From the NCBI GenBank assembly GCA_039916425.1, contig JBDSLK010000180.1, positions 2,383 through 66,382 of the forward strand: a stretch of 64,000 bases of DNA, written 5' to 3'. The DNA is from Nocardioides sp. Its GTDB lineage: Bacteria; Actinomycetota; Actinomycetes; Propionibacteriales; Nocardioidaceae. Positions within the stretch are counted from its first letter, which is position 1; each line of letters opens with the position of its first letter. Positions 45,945 through 56,887 of the stretch are shown one piece after another. The position numbers and the translations under genes were made by a program. Under the pieces are notes generated by a model. That model was not told where the DNA came from, searched no databases, and saw only the letters and a list, made by a program, of their open reading frames with translations.

Positions 45945-47114
45945 ATGGCCGGCATGGATCTCGCCACAGTCAGGTCGTCCTTCCCGCCGCTCGAGCGCGG
46001 GCTCGCCCGCTTCGACGGCCCCGGCGGGTCGCTGGTGCCCCGCCAGGTGGCCCACGCGGTCGCCGAGGCGATGGCGTGGGGGATGTGCCAGCGCGGCGAG
46101 GTGAGCGAGCCCGACCGGTTGACCGAGGCGACCACCCTCGGGGCCCGGGCCGCCATGGGCCGCCTGCTCGGCGCGGACCCGCGCGGGATCGTCTTCGGCC
46201 GGTCGATGACCGCGCTTACCTTCGACCTGGCCCGCACCCTGGCGCAGGACTGGGGCCCTGGTGACGAGGTGGTCGTGACGCGGCTCGACCACGACGCCAA
46301 CATCAGGCCCTGGGTGATCGCGGCCGAGCGGGCCGGGGCCACGGTCCGGTGGCTGGGTTTCGACCCGGTGACGACCGAGCTCGACGACATGCGACCGCTG
46401 CTCACCGAGCGCACGCGCCTGGTGGCGGTCACGGCCGCGTCCAACCTGCTGGGCACCCGCCCGGACCTGGGCGCGATAGTGACGGCCGCCCACGCCGTGG
46501 GCGCGCTGGTGTACGTCGACGCGGTGCACCTGGTGCCGCACGCCCCGGTCGATCTCGGCGCGCTGGGCGCCGACTTCCTCGCCTGCTCGCCCTACAAGTT
46601 CTTCGGCCCCCACCTCGGCGTGCTGGCGGCCGCCCCGACGCTGCTGGAGTCGCTGCACCCCGACAAGCTGCTGCCCTCGACGCAGGCGGTGCCCGAGCGG
46701 TTCGAGCTCGGCACATTGCCCTACGAGCTGTTGGCGGGGGTGAGCGCGGCGGTGGAGTTCATCGAGTCCCTCGACGGGGGGATGTCGGCGGTGGAGGCCC
46801 ACGAGGCCGGGCTGCTGCGCCGGCTCCTCGCCGGGCTCGAGGAGCTCCCCGACGTCGTGGTGCACGGCTGCCCCGCGCGGCGTACGCCGACGCTGCTGCT
46901 GACCGTCGACGCGGTGGCGCCCCCCGACGTCCAGCGCCGGCTCGCGGCCGAGGGCGTCATCGCCCCCGCAGGCAGCTTCTACGCGATCGAGGCAAGCCGG
47001 CACTCCGGGCTCGGCGACGCCGGCGGGGTGCGCGTCGGGTTGTCGGCGTACACCTGCGAGGCCGATGTCGACCGGTTGCTCGCGGCGCTGGCCGCCGTCG
47101 TAGCGGAGCGCTGA
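45945..47114 (+). CDS. Cysteine desulfurase-like PLP protein (class V aminotransferase)
   Basis: [38 protein letters not shown]. Confidence 0.92.
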   Translation: MAGMDLATVRSSFPPLERGLARFDGPGGSLVPRQVAHAVAEAMAWGMCQRGEVSEPDRLTEATTLGARAAMGRLLGADPRGIVFGRSMTALTFDLARTLAQDWGPGDEVVVTRLDHDANIRPWVIAAERAGATVRWLGFDPVTTELDDMRPLLTERTRLVAVTAASNLLGTRPDLGAIVTAAHAVGALVYVDAVHLVPHAPVDLGALGADFLACSPYKFFGPHLGVLAAAPTLLESLHPDKLLPSTQAVPERFELGTLPYELLAGVSAAVEFIESLDGGMSAVEAHEAGLLRRLLAGLEELPDVVVHGCPARRTPTLLLTVDAVAPPDVQRRLAAEGVIAPAGSFYAIEASRHSGLGDAGGVRVGLSAYTCEADVDRLLAALAAVVAER

Positions 47115-47136
47115 GGCCCTCCGCCAGACTGGACCC

Positions 47137-47928
47137 ATGACCTCGCCCCGACCGATCGAGACCTGGCTGACCGACATGGACGGCGTCCTGGTGCACGAGG
47201 AGACGCCGATCGCCGGGGCCACCGAGTTCATCGAGGCCCTCAGGTCGTCGGGCAAGTCCTTCCTGGTGCTGACCAACAACTCCATTTACACCCCGCGTGA
47301 TCTACGGGCCCGGCTCCTCGGCAGTGGCATCGACGTCCCCGAGCAGGCGATCTGGACCTCGGCCCTGGCCACGGCACAGTTCCTCGACGACCAGCGACCC
47401 GGCGGCACGGCGTACGTCGTGGGCGAGGCCGGGCTGACCACGGCGCTGCACGACATCGGCTACGTGATGAGCGACCGCAACCCCGACTACGTCGTCCTCG
47501 GCGAGACCCGGACCTATTCGTTCGAGGCGATCACGCGCGCGATCCGGCTCATCGACGCCGGCGCCCGGTTCATCGCCACGAACCCGGACGTGAGCGGTCC
47601 CAGCCACCAGGGGATGCTGCCCGCGACCGGCTCGGTGGCCGCCCTGATCAGCACGGCCACGGGCCGCCAGCCCTACTTCATCGGCAAGCCCAACCCGCTG
47701 ATGATGCGCAGCGCCCTCAACAAGCTCCAGGCGCACTCGGAGACCACGGTGATGGTCGGTGACCGGATGGACACCGACATCGTCAGTGGTCTCGAGGCGG
47801 GCCTGCGCACGGTCCTGGTCAGCACCGGCTCGACCCGGCCCGAGCAGGTCGGTCTGTTCCCCTACCGGCCTACTCGCATCGTCGACTCCATCGCCGACCT
47901 CGTCGACCTCGTCAGCGACTGGCAGTGA
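47137..47928 (+). CDS. HAD-IIA family hydrolase (NagD-like)
   Basis: [23 protein letters not shown]. Confidence 0.95.
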   Translation: MTSPRPIETWLTDMDGVLVHEETPIAGATEFIEALRSSGKSFLVLTNNSIYTPRDLRARLLGSGIDVPEQAIWTSALATAQFLDDQRPGGTAYVVGEAGLTTALHDIGYVMSDRNPDYVVLGETRTYSFEAITRAIRLIDAGARFIATNPDVSGPSHQGMLPATGSVAALISTATGRQPYFIGKPNPLMMRSALNKLQAHSETTVMVGDRMDTDIVSGLEAGLRTVLVSTGSTRPEQVGLFPYRPTRIVDSIADLVDLVSDWQ

Positions 47929-48059
47929 CACCCTAGGGCGCCGCACCTCGACCTCGAGGGGTTGTCGATCCGCCCCTCGCCAGCGCCCGGACCAGGGTCG
48001 GCGACCACCCGTCAGGCACCCTGGACGCTCCGTCCCCGACCCCGAGGAGAGCCGTCACC

Positions 48060-49442
48060 GTGAGAGCCGCCCACCCGCGACCCGTCACTGTCCCGCCCGC
48101 CGTCCCCCTGACCGGGGTCTGGAGGGTGCTGACGACGGGCCTGTTGACGGCGGTGGTGGCGGGGCTGCTGACCCTGGTCTCGACGGGGCTGGCCGCCCCA
48201 GCCTCGGCCGGTGACGGGCGTAGTGCTGAGGACTTCACCGGCTACGCCTTCGACACGCGCTGCGCGCCGACCCAGGAGCAGATGGACCTCTGGCGGACCA
48301 CCTCGCCGTTCTGGGGGGTGGGCGTCTACATCGGCGGCTCGATGGCCAGCTGCCAGCCGACCGATCAGCCGCATCTCGACGCTGCCTGGGTGACGCGGCA
48401 GACCCATCGGGGCTGGCGGGTGCTGCCGTTGTGGGTCGGCCCGCAGGCCTCGTGCTACGGCACCGGCCCGGGTCTCGACCTGGTCGACCCCACCCCGACC
48501 GACTCCTACGCGGCCGCGCGCGCCCAGGGTGCGGCCGAGGCGGTCGTCGCCGTACGCACGGCCAGGGGGCTCGGCATCGAGAAGCGGCGCACGCTCTGGT
48601 ATGACCTCGAGGGCTTCGACGTGGCCGACACCGACTGCCGCCGCTCGGCGCTGGCCTTCCTGTCCGGCTGGACCCGGGAGATCCGCCACCGGGGCTACGT
48701 CTCGGGGGTCTACTCCAGCGTCTCCGCCGGCATCCACGCCCTCGACAACGCCGACAGGCTCTCGCCGGGCTCCTACGAGATGCCCGACCGGATCTGGTAC
48801 GCCTGGGACAACGGGCGCGACGACACCGCCGTCAAGCAGCGGTGGGTCCGCAAGGAGAGCTGGGCCGACGGGGCCCGGATCCACCAGTACGCCCTCGACG
48901 TCACGGCGGCGTACGGCGGGCTGGCACTCACCATCGACCGCAACGTCCTCGACCTCGGCCGGGGCTCGGTCGCCCCGAGGGCCAGGCCCAGCTGCGGAGT
49001 GCGGGTCTCCTTCCCCGACTACCGCAACCTGCGGACCGGTGCCTCCGGCGCGCAGGTCGACTCGCTCCAGTGCCTGCTGCGACAGGCCGGCGACTACCCC
49101 GGCCCGCTCGACGGGCGCCTCGACCGCGATGTGCAGCGTGCGGTGCGTGCGTTCCAGCAGGGGTCCGCGGTGCGGCCCACTGGTCGCGTTGACGCGCGCA
49201 CCTGGACGTCGCTGCTCTCCCGGGGCACCACGCCGGTGCTCAAGCACGGCTCCGCCGAGGACGCCGTACGCCGGGTCCAGCGCGCGCTCAACGCCGCCAC
49301 GAGGGCGGACCTCGAGGTGGACGGCGTCGTCGACGACGCGACCACCCGGTGGGTCCGCGCCTACCAGCGGGCGGTCGGCCTGCCGGTCACCGGCGTCGTC
49401 GCCGACGACACCTGGGCGATGCTGCACTACGGCGCACGCTGA
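48060..49442 (+). CDS. DUF1906 (GH25-like) glycoside hydrolase with peptidoglycan-binding domains
   Basis: GYAFD..AP, GVYIGG, LPLWVGPQA, WYDLE, RIHQY, IDRN. Two PG_binding_1 repeats (LQCLL...DG..VRAFQ; VQRALN...VDG..VRAYQ...TG). Confidence 0.9.
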   Translation: MRAAHPRPVTVPPAVPLTGVWRVLTTGLLTAVVAGLLTLVSTGLAAPASAGDGRSAEDFTGYAFDTRCAPTQEQMDLWRTTSPFWGVGVYIGGSMASCQPTDQPHLDAAWVTRQTHRGWRVLPLWVGPQASCYGTGPGLDLVDPTPTDSYAAARAQGAAEAVVAVRTARGLGIEKRRTLWYDLEGFDVADTDCRRSALAFLSGWTREIRHRGYVSGVYSSVSAGIHALDNADRLSPGSYEMPDRIWYAWDNGRDDTAVKQRWVRKESWADGARIHQYALDVTAAYGGLALTIDRNVLDLGRGSVAPRARPSCGVRVSFPDYRNLRTGASGAQVDSLQCLLRQAGDYPGPLDGRLDRDVQRAVRAFQQGSAVRPTGRVDARTWTSLLSRGTTPVLKHGSAEDAVRRVQRALNAATRADLEVDGVVDDATTRWVRAYQRAVGLPVTGVVADDTWAMLHYGAR

Positions 49443-49490
49443 GACACGGCCCGCGAGCCCCGCGAGGCCAAGTGGGCCGACCGGCGGGCC

Positions 49491-50396
49491 TCAGGCGTAC
49501 GGCGACTGTCCGGGCGGCTCGGGGACGATCGCGACCGGGCTGTGGGCGTGCTCCAGCACGCTGTCGGACACCGAGCCGAGGAGCAGTCGCCACAGGGTGC
49601 CGCGCGGGTGACCGCCCACCACCACCAGGTCGTGGTGCTCGGCCTCCTCGCCCAAGGCGGTGTCGACCAGACCACGCCGCAGCTGCGTCGTGACGACCAC
49701 GTCGGGGTACTTCTCGGCCAGTCCGGCGACCGACTCGGCCACCAGCAGACGCAGGTCCTCGAAGCGCTGGTCGGTGGAGGCGACAGGGAGCCCGCCGACC
49801 TCCCAGAAGCAGTGCATGACGGTGAGCGGCAGACCGCGCTGCGAGGCGTGCCGGAACGCGAACTGCAGCACCGACCCGCTGTTCGGTGTGCCGTCGACCC
49901 CGACGAGGACGCCCGCGTGTCCGGTCGCGTGGTCGCCGGTCGGCCGGACCACCACCACCGGGCAGGCGGCGTGCCGGGTGACCGCGAGGCTCACCGAGCC
50001 GAGCAGCAGGCTGCCGAAGCCGCCGAGACCTCGTGAGCCCATGACCATCAGGTGCGCGGTCCGGCAGGCCTCGATCAACGCCGCGCGGGCGTCGCCGTGG
50101 GTCAGCACGGTGTGCACGCGGACACCCGCGTGGGTGGCGGCCACGTGGTCCACGACGCCGAGCAGACCACGGCGTGCGTCCGCCTCGATGTCCTCCTTCA
50201 GGGCGACCATGTCGACGCCGGCGCTGACCAGGTAGGCCGCCGCCATCGCCTCGGTGGGCGGCACGACGGTGACCACGGTGAGGGTCCGGCCCTCGGCCGC
50301 CGCCTGGTCGGCCGCCCAGTCGACGGCCCGACGACTGTCGTCTGAGCCGTCCACCGCGACGACGATGCTTCCTGGCACCACGCTGATCTCGTCCAC
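49491..50396 (-). CDS. Tandem universal stress protein
   Basis: IVVAVDGS, VMGSRGLGG..LLGSVS, VLVGVDG, LLGSVSDSVL. Confidence 0.93.
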   Translation of the reverse strand: MDEISVVPGSIVVAVDGSDDSRRAVDWAADQAAAEGRTLTVVTVVPPTEAMAAAYLVSAGVDMVALKEDIEADARRGLLGVVDHVAATHAGVRVHTVLTHGDARAALIEACRTAHLMVMGSRGLGGFGSLLLGSVSLAVTRHAACPVVVVRPTGDHATGHAGVLVGVDGTPNSGSVLQFAFRHASQRGLPLTVMHCFWEVGGLPVASTDQRFEDLRLLVAESVAGLAEKYPDVVVTTQLRRGLVDTALGEEAEHHDLVVVGGHPRGTLWRLLLGSVSDSVLEHAHSPVAIVPEPPGQSPYA

Positions 50397-50453
50397 GCAC
50401 CCAGTCTTCGGCGGGCGCCGGTCCCGGCCCACGGCCCACGGACCTGCGAACAT

Positions 50454-50467
50454 GTGACCTTCGACCC
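50454..50467. promoter_or_regulatory. DosR-box-like site between divergent USP and PNPOx-like genes
   Basis: GTGACCTTCGACCC. Confidence 0.6.
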
Positions 50468-50527
50468 TGACCCCGGCTCGCCGGGGGCGGGAACGTGGGA
50501 GCCTCCCTACCGAGCAGGAGGACCGAC

Positions 50528-50974
50528 GTGCTTGACCCGGTGTCCCTCAGCGAGAGCGAGTGCGAGCGGCTGCTGCGTGCCGATGTCGTCGGCCGCCTCG
50601 GGTTCTCGACCCCGGACGGCCCGCTGGTGCTGCCGCTCAACTACGCCGTGGTCCACAGCGCCGTGGTGGCGCTCGTCGAGCCCGGCGGGGCCGTCGCCAG
50701 GCACGCCGTGGGGGCCGACGTCGCCTTCGAGGTCGACCAGATCGACCACCAGCGGCAGCGCGGCTGGAGCGTGCTCGCGCACGGTCGGGCCGACCTGGTC
50801 ACCGATCCGGCCGACCTCGCCCTGATCGCGCGCACCTGGGCGCCACGCCCCTGGGCGGCCGGCGACCGCAGCCAGGTGGTCCGGATCCCCTGGCGCCTCC
50901 TCACCGGTCGTCGCCTCGGCCGGGGCTGGGACGCGGCCGACGACCTGCCCGTCAGTCAGGTGCTCAAGGCCTGA
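50528..50974 (+). CDS. Pyridoxamine 5'-phosphate oxidase-like (FMN split-barrel) protein
   Basis: LSESECERLL, VGRLGF, PLNY, VAFEVD, GWSVL..G, TGRR. RBS AGGAGG. Confidence 0.9.
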   Translation: MLDPVSLSESECERLLRADVVGRLGFSTPDGPLVLPLNYAVVHSAVVALVEPGGAVARHAVGADVAFEVDQIDHQRQRGWSVLAHGRADLVTDPADLALIARTWAPRPWAAGDRSQVVRIPWRLLTGRRLGRGWDAADDLPVSQVLKA

Positions 50975-50994
50975 GCGAGTCGCAGGCCCACCGG

Positions 50995-53900
50995 TCAGCC
51001 CCGGCGCAGCTCCCGGGTCGTCCGGTGCGAGAGCACGCCGGGCTCGCCGAGGACCACCACCTCGTCGACGAGATCCAGTCCCACGGGTGAGTGGGTGAGC
51101 CACACGACAGCGGTGGTGGTCGGTGCCTCGAGGACCTCGGTCGCGATAGCCACGGCGGTGGCGTGGTCGAGGTGTGCGGTCGGCTCGTCCAGCACGAGCA
51201 CCGGCTGCTCGGCGAGGAACGAGCGGGCCAGGGCCAGCCGAGCGCGCTCGCCACCGGACACCTCACCGAGCCACGTGTGCGGCCCGTCGGGCAGGGAGTC
51301 CACCCAGTCGCCGAGCCGTGCCTGGCGCAGGGCGCCCACGACGGCGTCGTCGTCGGCGTCGGGTCGGGCCAGGCGGACGTTCTCCAGCACGTTCGTCGCG
51401 AACACGTGCGGGTCGTCGTCGACGAGTCCGACGAGGCGGCGTACGTCGTCCAGGGCGAGGTCGCGCAGGTCCTGGCCGCCGAGCCGGACGGTGCCATGGC
51501 GCGGGTCCAGGAACCGGATCAGCAGGGCAGCCAGCGTGCTCTTGCCCGACCCGGAGGGTCCGACCACGGCGACCCGTGCGCCAGGCCCCAGCCGCATCGT
51601 GAGCCCGGAGAGTCCGGCGCCGGGTCCCCACCCGGCCTCGACCCCGTCGACCGCCATCTCGTGGCTGGCCGACACCGGCCGGCTGACCGTGTCCCGGACG
51701 GTCGGGGCGAGGTGCTCCAGGGCGGCCAGCCGGGAAAGGGCGGCCCGGGTACGCGCGGCGACGGCACCGGCGTCGGCCAGGGGCAGCGCCACGTCGGCGA
51801 GGGCGAGTGGCAGCAGCACCAGCAGCGCCGCCATCGGTGCGCTCACGTCGCCCCGCGCCACCGCCGGGCCTGCGAGCAGGGCCGTGACGCCCACCGCGGC
51901 ACCGGTGGCGACCAGCACCACCGCGCGCGACGCGGCCAGCCACCGGCCGGCGCGCCGCACGGAGCTGCCCCAGTCGTCGCTGACGCGGCCGACGGAGTGC
52001 ACCACCCCGTCCACGAGCTGCCAGAGCACCAGCTCGTCGCGGAGCTCGAGTGCCTCCACGACCCGGGTCGACAGCGCTGCCCGCCGGTCGACGGAGTCGC
52101 GCTCGGCGCGGGCGCTGCCGCGTCGAGCGACCACGTAGGCGAGGGCGGCTCCGCCCCCGGTCAGGACGCCCACCACGAGCCCGGCGAGGGGGAGCAGGGA
52201 GGTTGCCACCCCGGCGGCGAGCAGGCAGACGAGGGCGAAGGACCGGACGGGCATCCGCACCCGCAGCTCGCGGTCGACCACGCTGTCGACGTCGTCGACG
52301 ACCGAGGACAGCAGGTCGCCGCGCCGCCGGCCGAGCCGACCGGGCACCAGCGGCACCAGCGCGTCGTACACCTGCACCCGGCGGTCGGCGAGCAGCCGGA
52401 GGGCGGCGTCGTGGGAGTGCAGGCGCTCGACGTAGCGCAGCACCGGGCGGGCCAGGCCGAAGGCGCGGACGCCCACGATGGCGACTAGGAGGGTGAGTAC
52501 GGCGGGGCGCGACGAGGCCTGCACGATCAGCCAGCCAGCCGTCGCGGTCAGCGCCACCCCGGAGGCCGACGCCGCGGCAGCGACCAGCGTGGTGCGCCCG
52601 AATCGTGGTGGACGCCGGGGTCCGTCGGCGCTCGTCTCGGTGTCCCGGTCGAGGTCCGGGACGGGGTCCGGTGCGTCGGTCACCACGGGACCGGCCGGGA
52701 GCTCCGCGACGGCTGCGGGGGCCGGGACCGGAGGCAGACTCACGACGTGGTCGGCCACCAGCAGGACCGCCGGGTCGTGGGCGACGGTCACCACCGCCCG
52801 GTCACGGCCGAGGTCGGCGACGGTGTCCAGGACGATCTGCTGGGTCACCGGGTCGAGGTGGGCGGTCGGCTCGTCCAGCAGCACCCAGGGCCGGTCGGCC
52901 AGGACTACCCGGGCCAGCGCGAGGCGGGCACGCTCGCCCGCCGACAGGCTGACCCCGTCCTCGTCGAGGCCGGTGTCGAGCCCGTCGGGCAGCGCCCGCA
53001 CCCGCTCCTCGAGCGCCACCCGCCGCAGTACCGACCAGAGCGCCTCGTCGGGGGCCGCGGGCGCGGCGAGGCGCAGGTTGTCCGCGACCGTCCCGGCGAC
53101 GAAGTGCGGCCGCTGGGGGAGCCACGCGACGCCGGCCTGCCAGGCGGACGAGCCGACCGGTGTGCCACCGACGGTGACCAGGCCCTCGTCGGGATCGCGC
53201 AGGCCGGCCACCACGGCGAGCAGCGTCGACTTGCCGCAGCCCGACGGCCCGGTCAGCACGGTGACGCCGCGCGCCGGGATCCGGGCGTCCAGGTGGGAGA
53301 GGGCGGGGACGCCGCGACCGGGGTAGCGGAAGCTCACGTCGACGACCTCGAGGTCCCCGGGGCCGGGGACGTGGTCGGTCGTCGCGCCATCTGGGGTCTC
53401 CAGGGAGTCCGTCAGGGCACACACCTTCTCGAAGGTGGCCACCCCCTCCGCCGCGGCGTGGAACTCCGCACCCACCCGGCGCAGAGGCCAGTAGGCCTCG
53501 GGCGCGAGGAGGAGGACCACCAAGGCGGTCGGGAGCGACAGGTGGCCGTCGGCGAGCCGCACGCCCACCGTCACCGCCACCAGGGCGACCGACAAGGTCG
53601 CGACGAGCTCGAGCACCGCGGAAGACGCGAAGGCGAGGCGCAGGGTGTCCAGGCTGGTGCGGCGGTAGCGGTCGGTGACCCGGCCGATCACCGCCGACTG
53701 GGCGCGCGCCCGGCGGAAGGCGACGAGCGTCGGCAACCCGCGCACCACGTCGAGGAAATGTCCCGACAGGGACTCCATCGCCCGCCACTGCCGCTCGGCC
53801 CGGTCCCGCGTGGCCAGGCCGACCAGGACGCCGAAGACCGGCACCAGCGGCAGGGTGAGCAGCACGATCACCGCACTGAGCAGGTCCTGGCTGGCGATCG

Positions 53901-54336
53901 CGAGGACCGTGAGGGGCGGCAGTACGCAGGCCAGCACGAGCGCGGGCAGGTAGCGGGTGAGGTAGGGCTCGGCCGCCGTGACGCCCCGGGTGACCAGGGT
54001 CGCCGCCTCGCCGGTGCCGGGTCGGCCGCGCGGGTCGCTGCGCAGCACCGCCTCGGTGACCCGGCGGCGCAGGTGGCTGCCGACGGTGGCGGCTGCCCGG
54101 GTGGCGAGCACGTCACCCAGCCAGCCGACCGCCGCGCGGAGCGCGAGCAGGGCCGCCACGCCCACGGCCCACCCGGTCACGTCGCCGGAGCGGACCACCG
54201 CCACCACCAGACCGGTGACCGCCCAGGCCTGGGCGATCACCAGCACGCTGGCGACGACCCCCGTGGCGAGCACGCCGGCCAGGTCGGCCCGGGCGGGCGC
54301 CAGCTGCCGGCGCAGGCGCGGGTCCGACGGCCTCAC
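50995..54336 (-). CDS. cydDC: Fused CydD-CydC heme/thiol ABC exporter
   Basis: One ORF with TMD-NBD-TMD-NBD: [32 protein letters not shown]; TATAGWLI, RYVERL..HD, GPSGSGKST. Confidence 0.93.
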   Translation of the reverse strand: MRPSDPRLRRQLAPARADLAGVLATGVVASVLVIAQAWAVTGLVVAVVRSGDVTGWAVGVAALLALRAAVGWLGDVLATRAAATVGSHLRRRVTEAVLRSDPRGRPGTGEAATLVTRGVTAAEPYLTRYLPALVLACVLPPLTVLAIASQDLLSAVIVLLTLPLVPVFGVLVGLATRDRAERQWRAMESLSGHFLDVVRGLPTLVAFRRARAQSAVIGRVTDRYRRTSLDTLRLAFASSAVLELVATLSVALVAVTVGVRLADGHLSLPTALVVLLLAPEAYWPLRRVGAEFHAAAEGVATFEKVCALTDSLETPDGATTDHVPGPGDLEVVDVSFRYPGRGVPALSHLDARIPARGVTVLTGPSGCGKSTLLAVVAGLRDPDEGLVTVGGTPVGSSAWQAGVAWLPQRPHFVAGTVADNLRLAAPAAPDEALWSVLRRVALEERVRALPDGLDTGLDEDGVSLSAGERARLALARVVLADRPWVLLDEPTAHLDPVTQQIVLDTVADLGRDRAVVTVAHDPAVLLVADHVVSLPPVPAPAAVAELPAGPVVTDAPDPVPDLDRDTETSADGPRRPPRFGRTTLVAAAASASGVALTATAGWLIVQASSRPAVLTLLVAIVGVRAFGLARPVLRYVERLHSHDAALRLLADRRVQVYDALVPLVPGRLGRRRGDLLSSVVDDVDSVVDRELRVRMPVRSFALVCLLAAGVATSLLPLAGLVVGVLTGGGAALAYVVARRGSARAERDSVDRRAALSTRVVEALELRDELVLWQLVDGVVHSVGRVSDDWGSSVRRAGRWLAASRAVVLVATGAAVGVTALLAGPAVARGDVSAPMAALLVLLPLALADVALPLADAGAVAARTRAALSRLAALEHLAPTVRDTVSRPVSASHEMAVDGVEAGWGPGAGLSGLTMRLGPGARVAVVGPSGSGKSTLAALLIRFLDPRHGTVRLGGQDLRDLALDDVRRLVGLVDDDPHVFATNVLENVRLARPDADDDAVVGALRQARLGDWVDSLPDGPHTWLGEVSGGERARLALARSFLAEQPVLVLDEPTAHLDHATAVAIATEVLEAPTTTAVVWLTHSPVGLDLVDEVVVLGEPGVLSHRTTRELRRG

Positions 54337-55370
54337 CGCGCCGCTGTCGCTGCGGGCCCGGTGGGCCTGGTGGGCACGGTGGGGATGTGGTGGACGGAGA
54401 TCCGGCGCCGGAACACCCAGTAGGTCCAGCCCTGGTAGACCAGCACCACCGGCGTGAACACCACCGCGACCACCGTCATGATCTTCAACGTGTAGTCGGT
54501 CGCGGCCGCGTTGGTCGTGGTCAGCGACAGGCCGGTGGCCAGCGAGGTCGGCATCACGTCGGGGAAGAGGGCCAGGAAGAGGCCCCCGACCCCGAGGGCG
54601 ATCGCGACGAAGGTGCCGAGGAAGGCCCAGCCCTCCCTGCCCCGCGAGACGGCGAGCACGCCGCCGACCAGGGCGACCGCCGCGGCCAGGAAGGCGACCG
54701 CCGAGGCGACCGAGCCGGTGCTGAGCTGCGTCCACAGCAGGAACAGTGCGGTCACCACCGTCGCGCCCAGCCCCAGCCGGACAGCGAGGTCGCGGGCCGC
54801 GTGCCGGATCCGCCCGTCGGTCTTGAGCGAGATGAAGATGGCGCCGTGGGTCAGGAACAGCAGGAGCGTCGTCGCGCCCCCGAGCAGGGCGTAGGGCGTC
54901 AACAGGTTGAAGAACCCTCCGACGTACTCGCCCGACTCGTCGAGGGGGACTCCGCGCAGGATGTTGGCGAAGGCGACGCCCCACAGCAGGGCCGGCACGA
55001 AGGAGCCGATGATGATCGCCGCGTCCCAACGGGCCCGCCAGATCGCGTCGTCGCGCTTGGCGCGGTACTCGAACGCCAGGCCGCGCACGATCAGCGCCAC
55101 GAGGATCAGCAGCAGCGGCAGGTAGAAGCCGCTGAAGAGGGTCGCGTACCACTCCGGGAAGGCCGCGAAGGTCGCGCCGCCGGCGACGAGGACCCAGACC
55201 TCGTTGCCGTCCCAGACCGGGCCGATCGTGTTGATGAGGACCCGGCGCTCGGTGTCGTCCTTGGCGAGCACGGGCAGGAGCATCCCGACCCCGAAGTCGA
55301 AACCCTCGAGGGTGAAGTAGCCGATCCACAGCACGGCGATGAGGCCGAACCAGACGGTGGTGAGTTCCAT
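54333..55370 (-). CDS. cydB: Cytochrome bd ubiquinol oxidase subunit II
   Basis: LEGFDFGVG, IGPVWDGNEVW, FAAFPEWYA, YQGWTYWVFRRR. Confidence 0.97.
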   Translation of the reverse strand: MELTTVWFGLIAVLWIGYFTLEGFDFGVGMLLPVLAKDDTERRVLINTIGPVWDGNEVWVLVAGGATFAAFPEWYATLFSGFYLPLLLILVALIVRGLAFEYRAKRDDAIWRARWDAAIIIGSFVPALLWGVAFANILRGVPLDESGEYVGGFFNLLTPYALLGGATTLLLFLTHGAIFISLKTDGRIRHAARDLAVRLGLGATVVTALFLLWTQLSTGSVASAVAFLAAAVALVGGVLAVSRGREGWAFLGTFVAIALGVGGLFLALFPDVMPTSLATGLSLTTTNAAATDYTLKIMTVVAVVFTPVVLVYQGWTYWVFRRRISVHHIPTVPTRPTGPAATAAR

Positions 55371-55386
55371 GGTCTGCCGCTCTCGT

Positions 55387-56829
55387 CTAGTAGGCGAAGG
55401 CCAACGGGCGGTCGGCCTTGGCATCGGTGTCGTCGGTGTCGGAGGGGACGGGCAGCTGCTCGGCCCCCTTCTGCAGGTAGGTGAGCATCAGCCGCACCTC
55501 GATCACGGCGAGCGCCGCGTAGAGGAGCGTCAGCACGATCAGGGAGATCAGGGCCTCCGTGACGCTCACGGTCGGGGAGACCCCGTGCGCGGTCGTCATC
55601 AGGCCGAAGACGGCCCAGGGCTGGCGCCCCATCTCGGTGAAGATCCACCCGAAGGAGTTGGCCAGCAACGGCAGGAAGGGCAGCGAGATGCCGGCCAGCA
55701 GCAGGGGCCGGCCGGTGGGGGCACGGCCGCGCCGGGTCGCCCAGAGGATCCAGGCGGCGATGGCCGCGGCCGCCAGGCCGAGCCCGATCATCAACCGGAA
55801 GCTCCAGTAGGTCAGCGCGATGTTCGGGGTGTAGTCGCCGGGGGAGTAGTACGCCGCTCCCGGGTCGGCGCCGTAGGTCTGCTGGTACTCCGCCCGCAGG
55901 TCGTCGATGCCGGTGACCTGGCCGTTGAGCGTCCCGGTGGCCAGGAACGACAGCAGGTTGGGGATCCGGATCGAGAACTTCTCCTCCGACCCGTCCAACG
56001 AGCCGATCGTCAGCACCGAGAACGCCGCCGGCTCCTCGGTGGCGTAGAGCCCCTCGGCCGCCGCCATCTTCATCGGCTGGACGTCGGTCATGATCTTGCC
56101 CTGCACGTCGCCGGTGAGAGCCACGCCCAGCCCGGCGACCAGCACGACCGCGGCGCCGGTGCGCACCGCGGAGCGGTAGAGCGAGTGGTCCGCGCGCGAC
56201 TCGTCCCGGTAGAGGTGCCACAGCGCGATCCCAACCACGAACGCCGCACCGGTCAGGTAGGCCGACAGCACCACGTGGGGGAAGGTCACCAGCTGCACCT
56301 TGTTGAGCAGCACGGCCGCGAAGTCGTTGAGCTCGGCGCGGCCGGTGTCGGGGTTGTAGCGGTAGCCGACGGGGTTCTGCATCCACGAGTTCGCGGCCAG
56401 GATGAAGTACGCCGAGAACAGCGTGCCGAGATGCACGAGCCACATGCAGGCGGCGTGCAGCCGCGGTGAGAGCCGGTCCCAGCCGAAGATCCAGAGTCCG
56501 AGGAACGTCGACTCCAAGAAGAACGCCAGCAGACCCTCGATCGCGAGTGGCGCCCCGAAGATGTCGCCGACGAACCTGGAGTAGTCGCTCCAGTTCATGC
56601 CGAACTGGAACTCCTGCACGATGCCGGTGACGACACCGATGGCGAAGTTGATCAGGAAGAGCTTGCCGAAGAACTTGGTGAGCCGGAGCCACTGCTCGTG
56701 ACCGGTGCGCAGCCAGGCGACCTCGTAGCTCGCGATCATCGCCGACAGGCCGATCGTGATCGGGACGAACATGAAGTGGTAGACGGTGATGATGGCGAAC
56801 TGCCACCGTGCGATGTCCAGGGTGTCCAC
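55387..56829 (-). CDS. cydA: Cytochrome bd ubiquinol oxidase subunit I
   Basis: ARWQF...HFMFVP, QEFQFG, AFFLES, ANSWMQ, QPMKMAAAE, EMGRQPW. Confidence 0.97.
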   Translation of the reverse strand: MDTLDIARWQFAIITVYHFMFVPITIGLSAMIASYEVAWLRTGHEQWLRLTKFFGKLFLINFAIGVVTGIVQEFQFGMNWSDYSRFVGDIFGAPLAIEGLLAFFLESTFLGLWIFGWDRLSPRLHAACMWLVHLGTLFSAYFILAANSWMQNPVGYRYNPDTGRAELNDFAAVLLNKVQLVTFPHVVLSAYLTGAAFVVGIALWHLYRDESRADHSLYRSAVRTGAAVVLVAGLGVALTGDVQGKIMTDVQPMKMAAAEGLYATEEPAAFSVLTIGSLDGSEEKFSIRIPNLLSFLATGTLNGQVTGIDDLRAEYQQTYGADPGAAYYSPGDYTPNIALTYWSFRLMIGLGLAAAAIAAWILWATRRGRAPTGRPLLLAGISLPFLPLLANSFGWIFTEMGRQPWAVFGLMTTAHGVSPTVSVTEALISLIVLTLLYAALAVIEVRLMLTYLQKGAEQLPVPSDTDDTDAKADRPLAFAY

Positions 56830-56887
56830 GCGGAATCTCCTTGTGAGGCGGGTCGGGCGGGTCAGGCAGGTCGCGGCGAGCGGGCGG

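Noticed and set aside
54337-55329. 1444-aa CydDC with a long N-terminal extension
   Set aside because: The extension is an alternate frame of cydB. CydD homology begins at GTG 54336.
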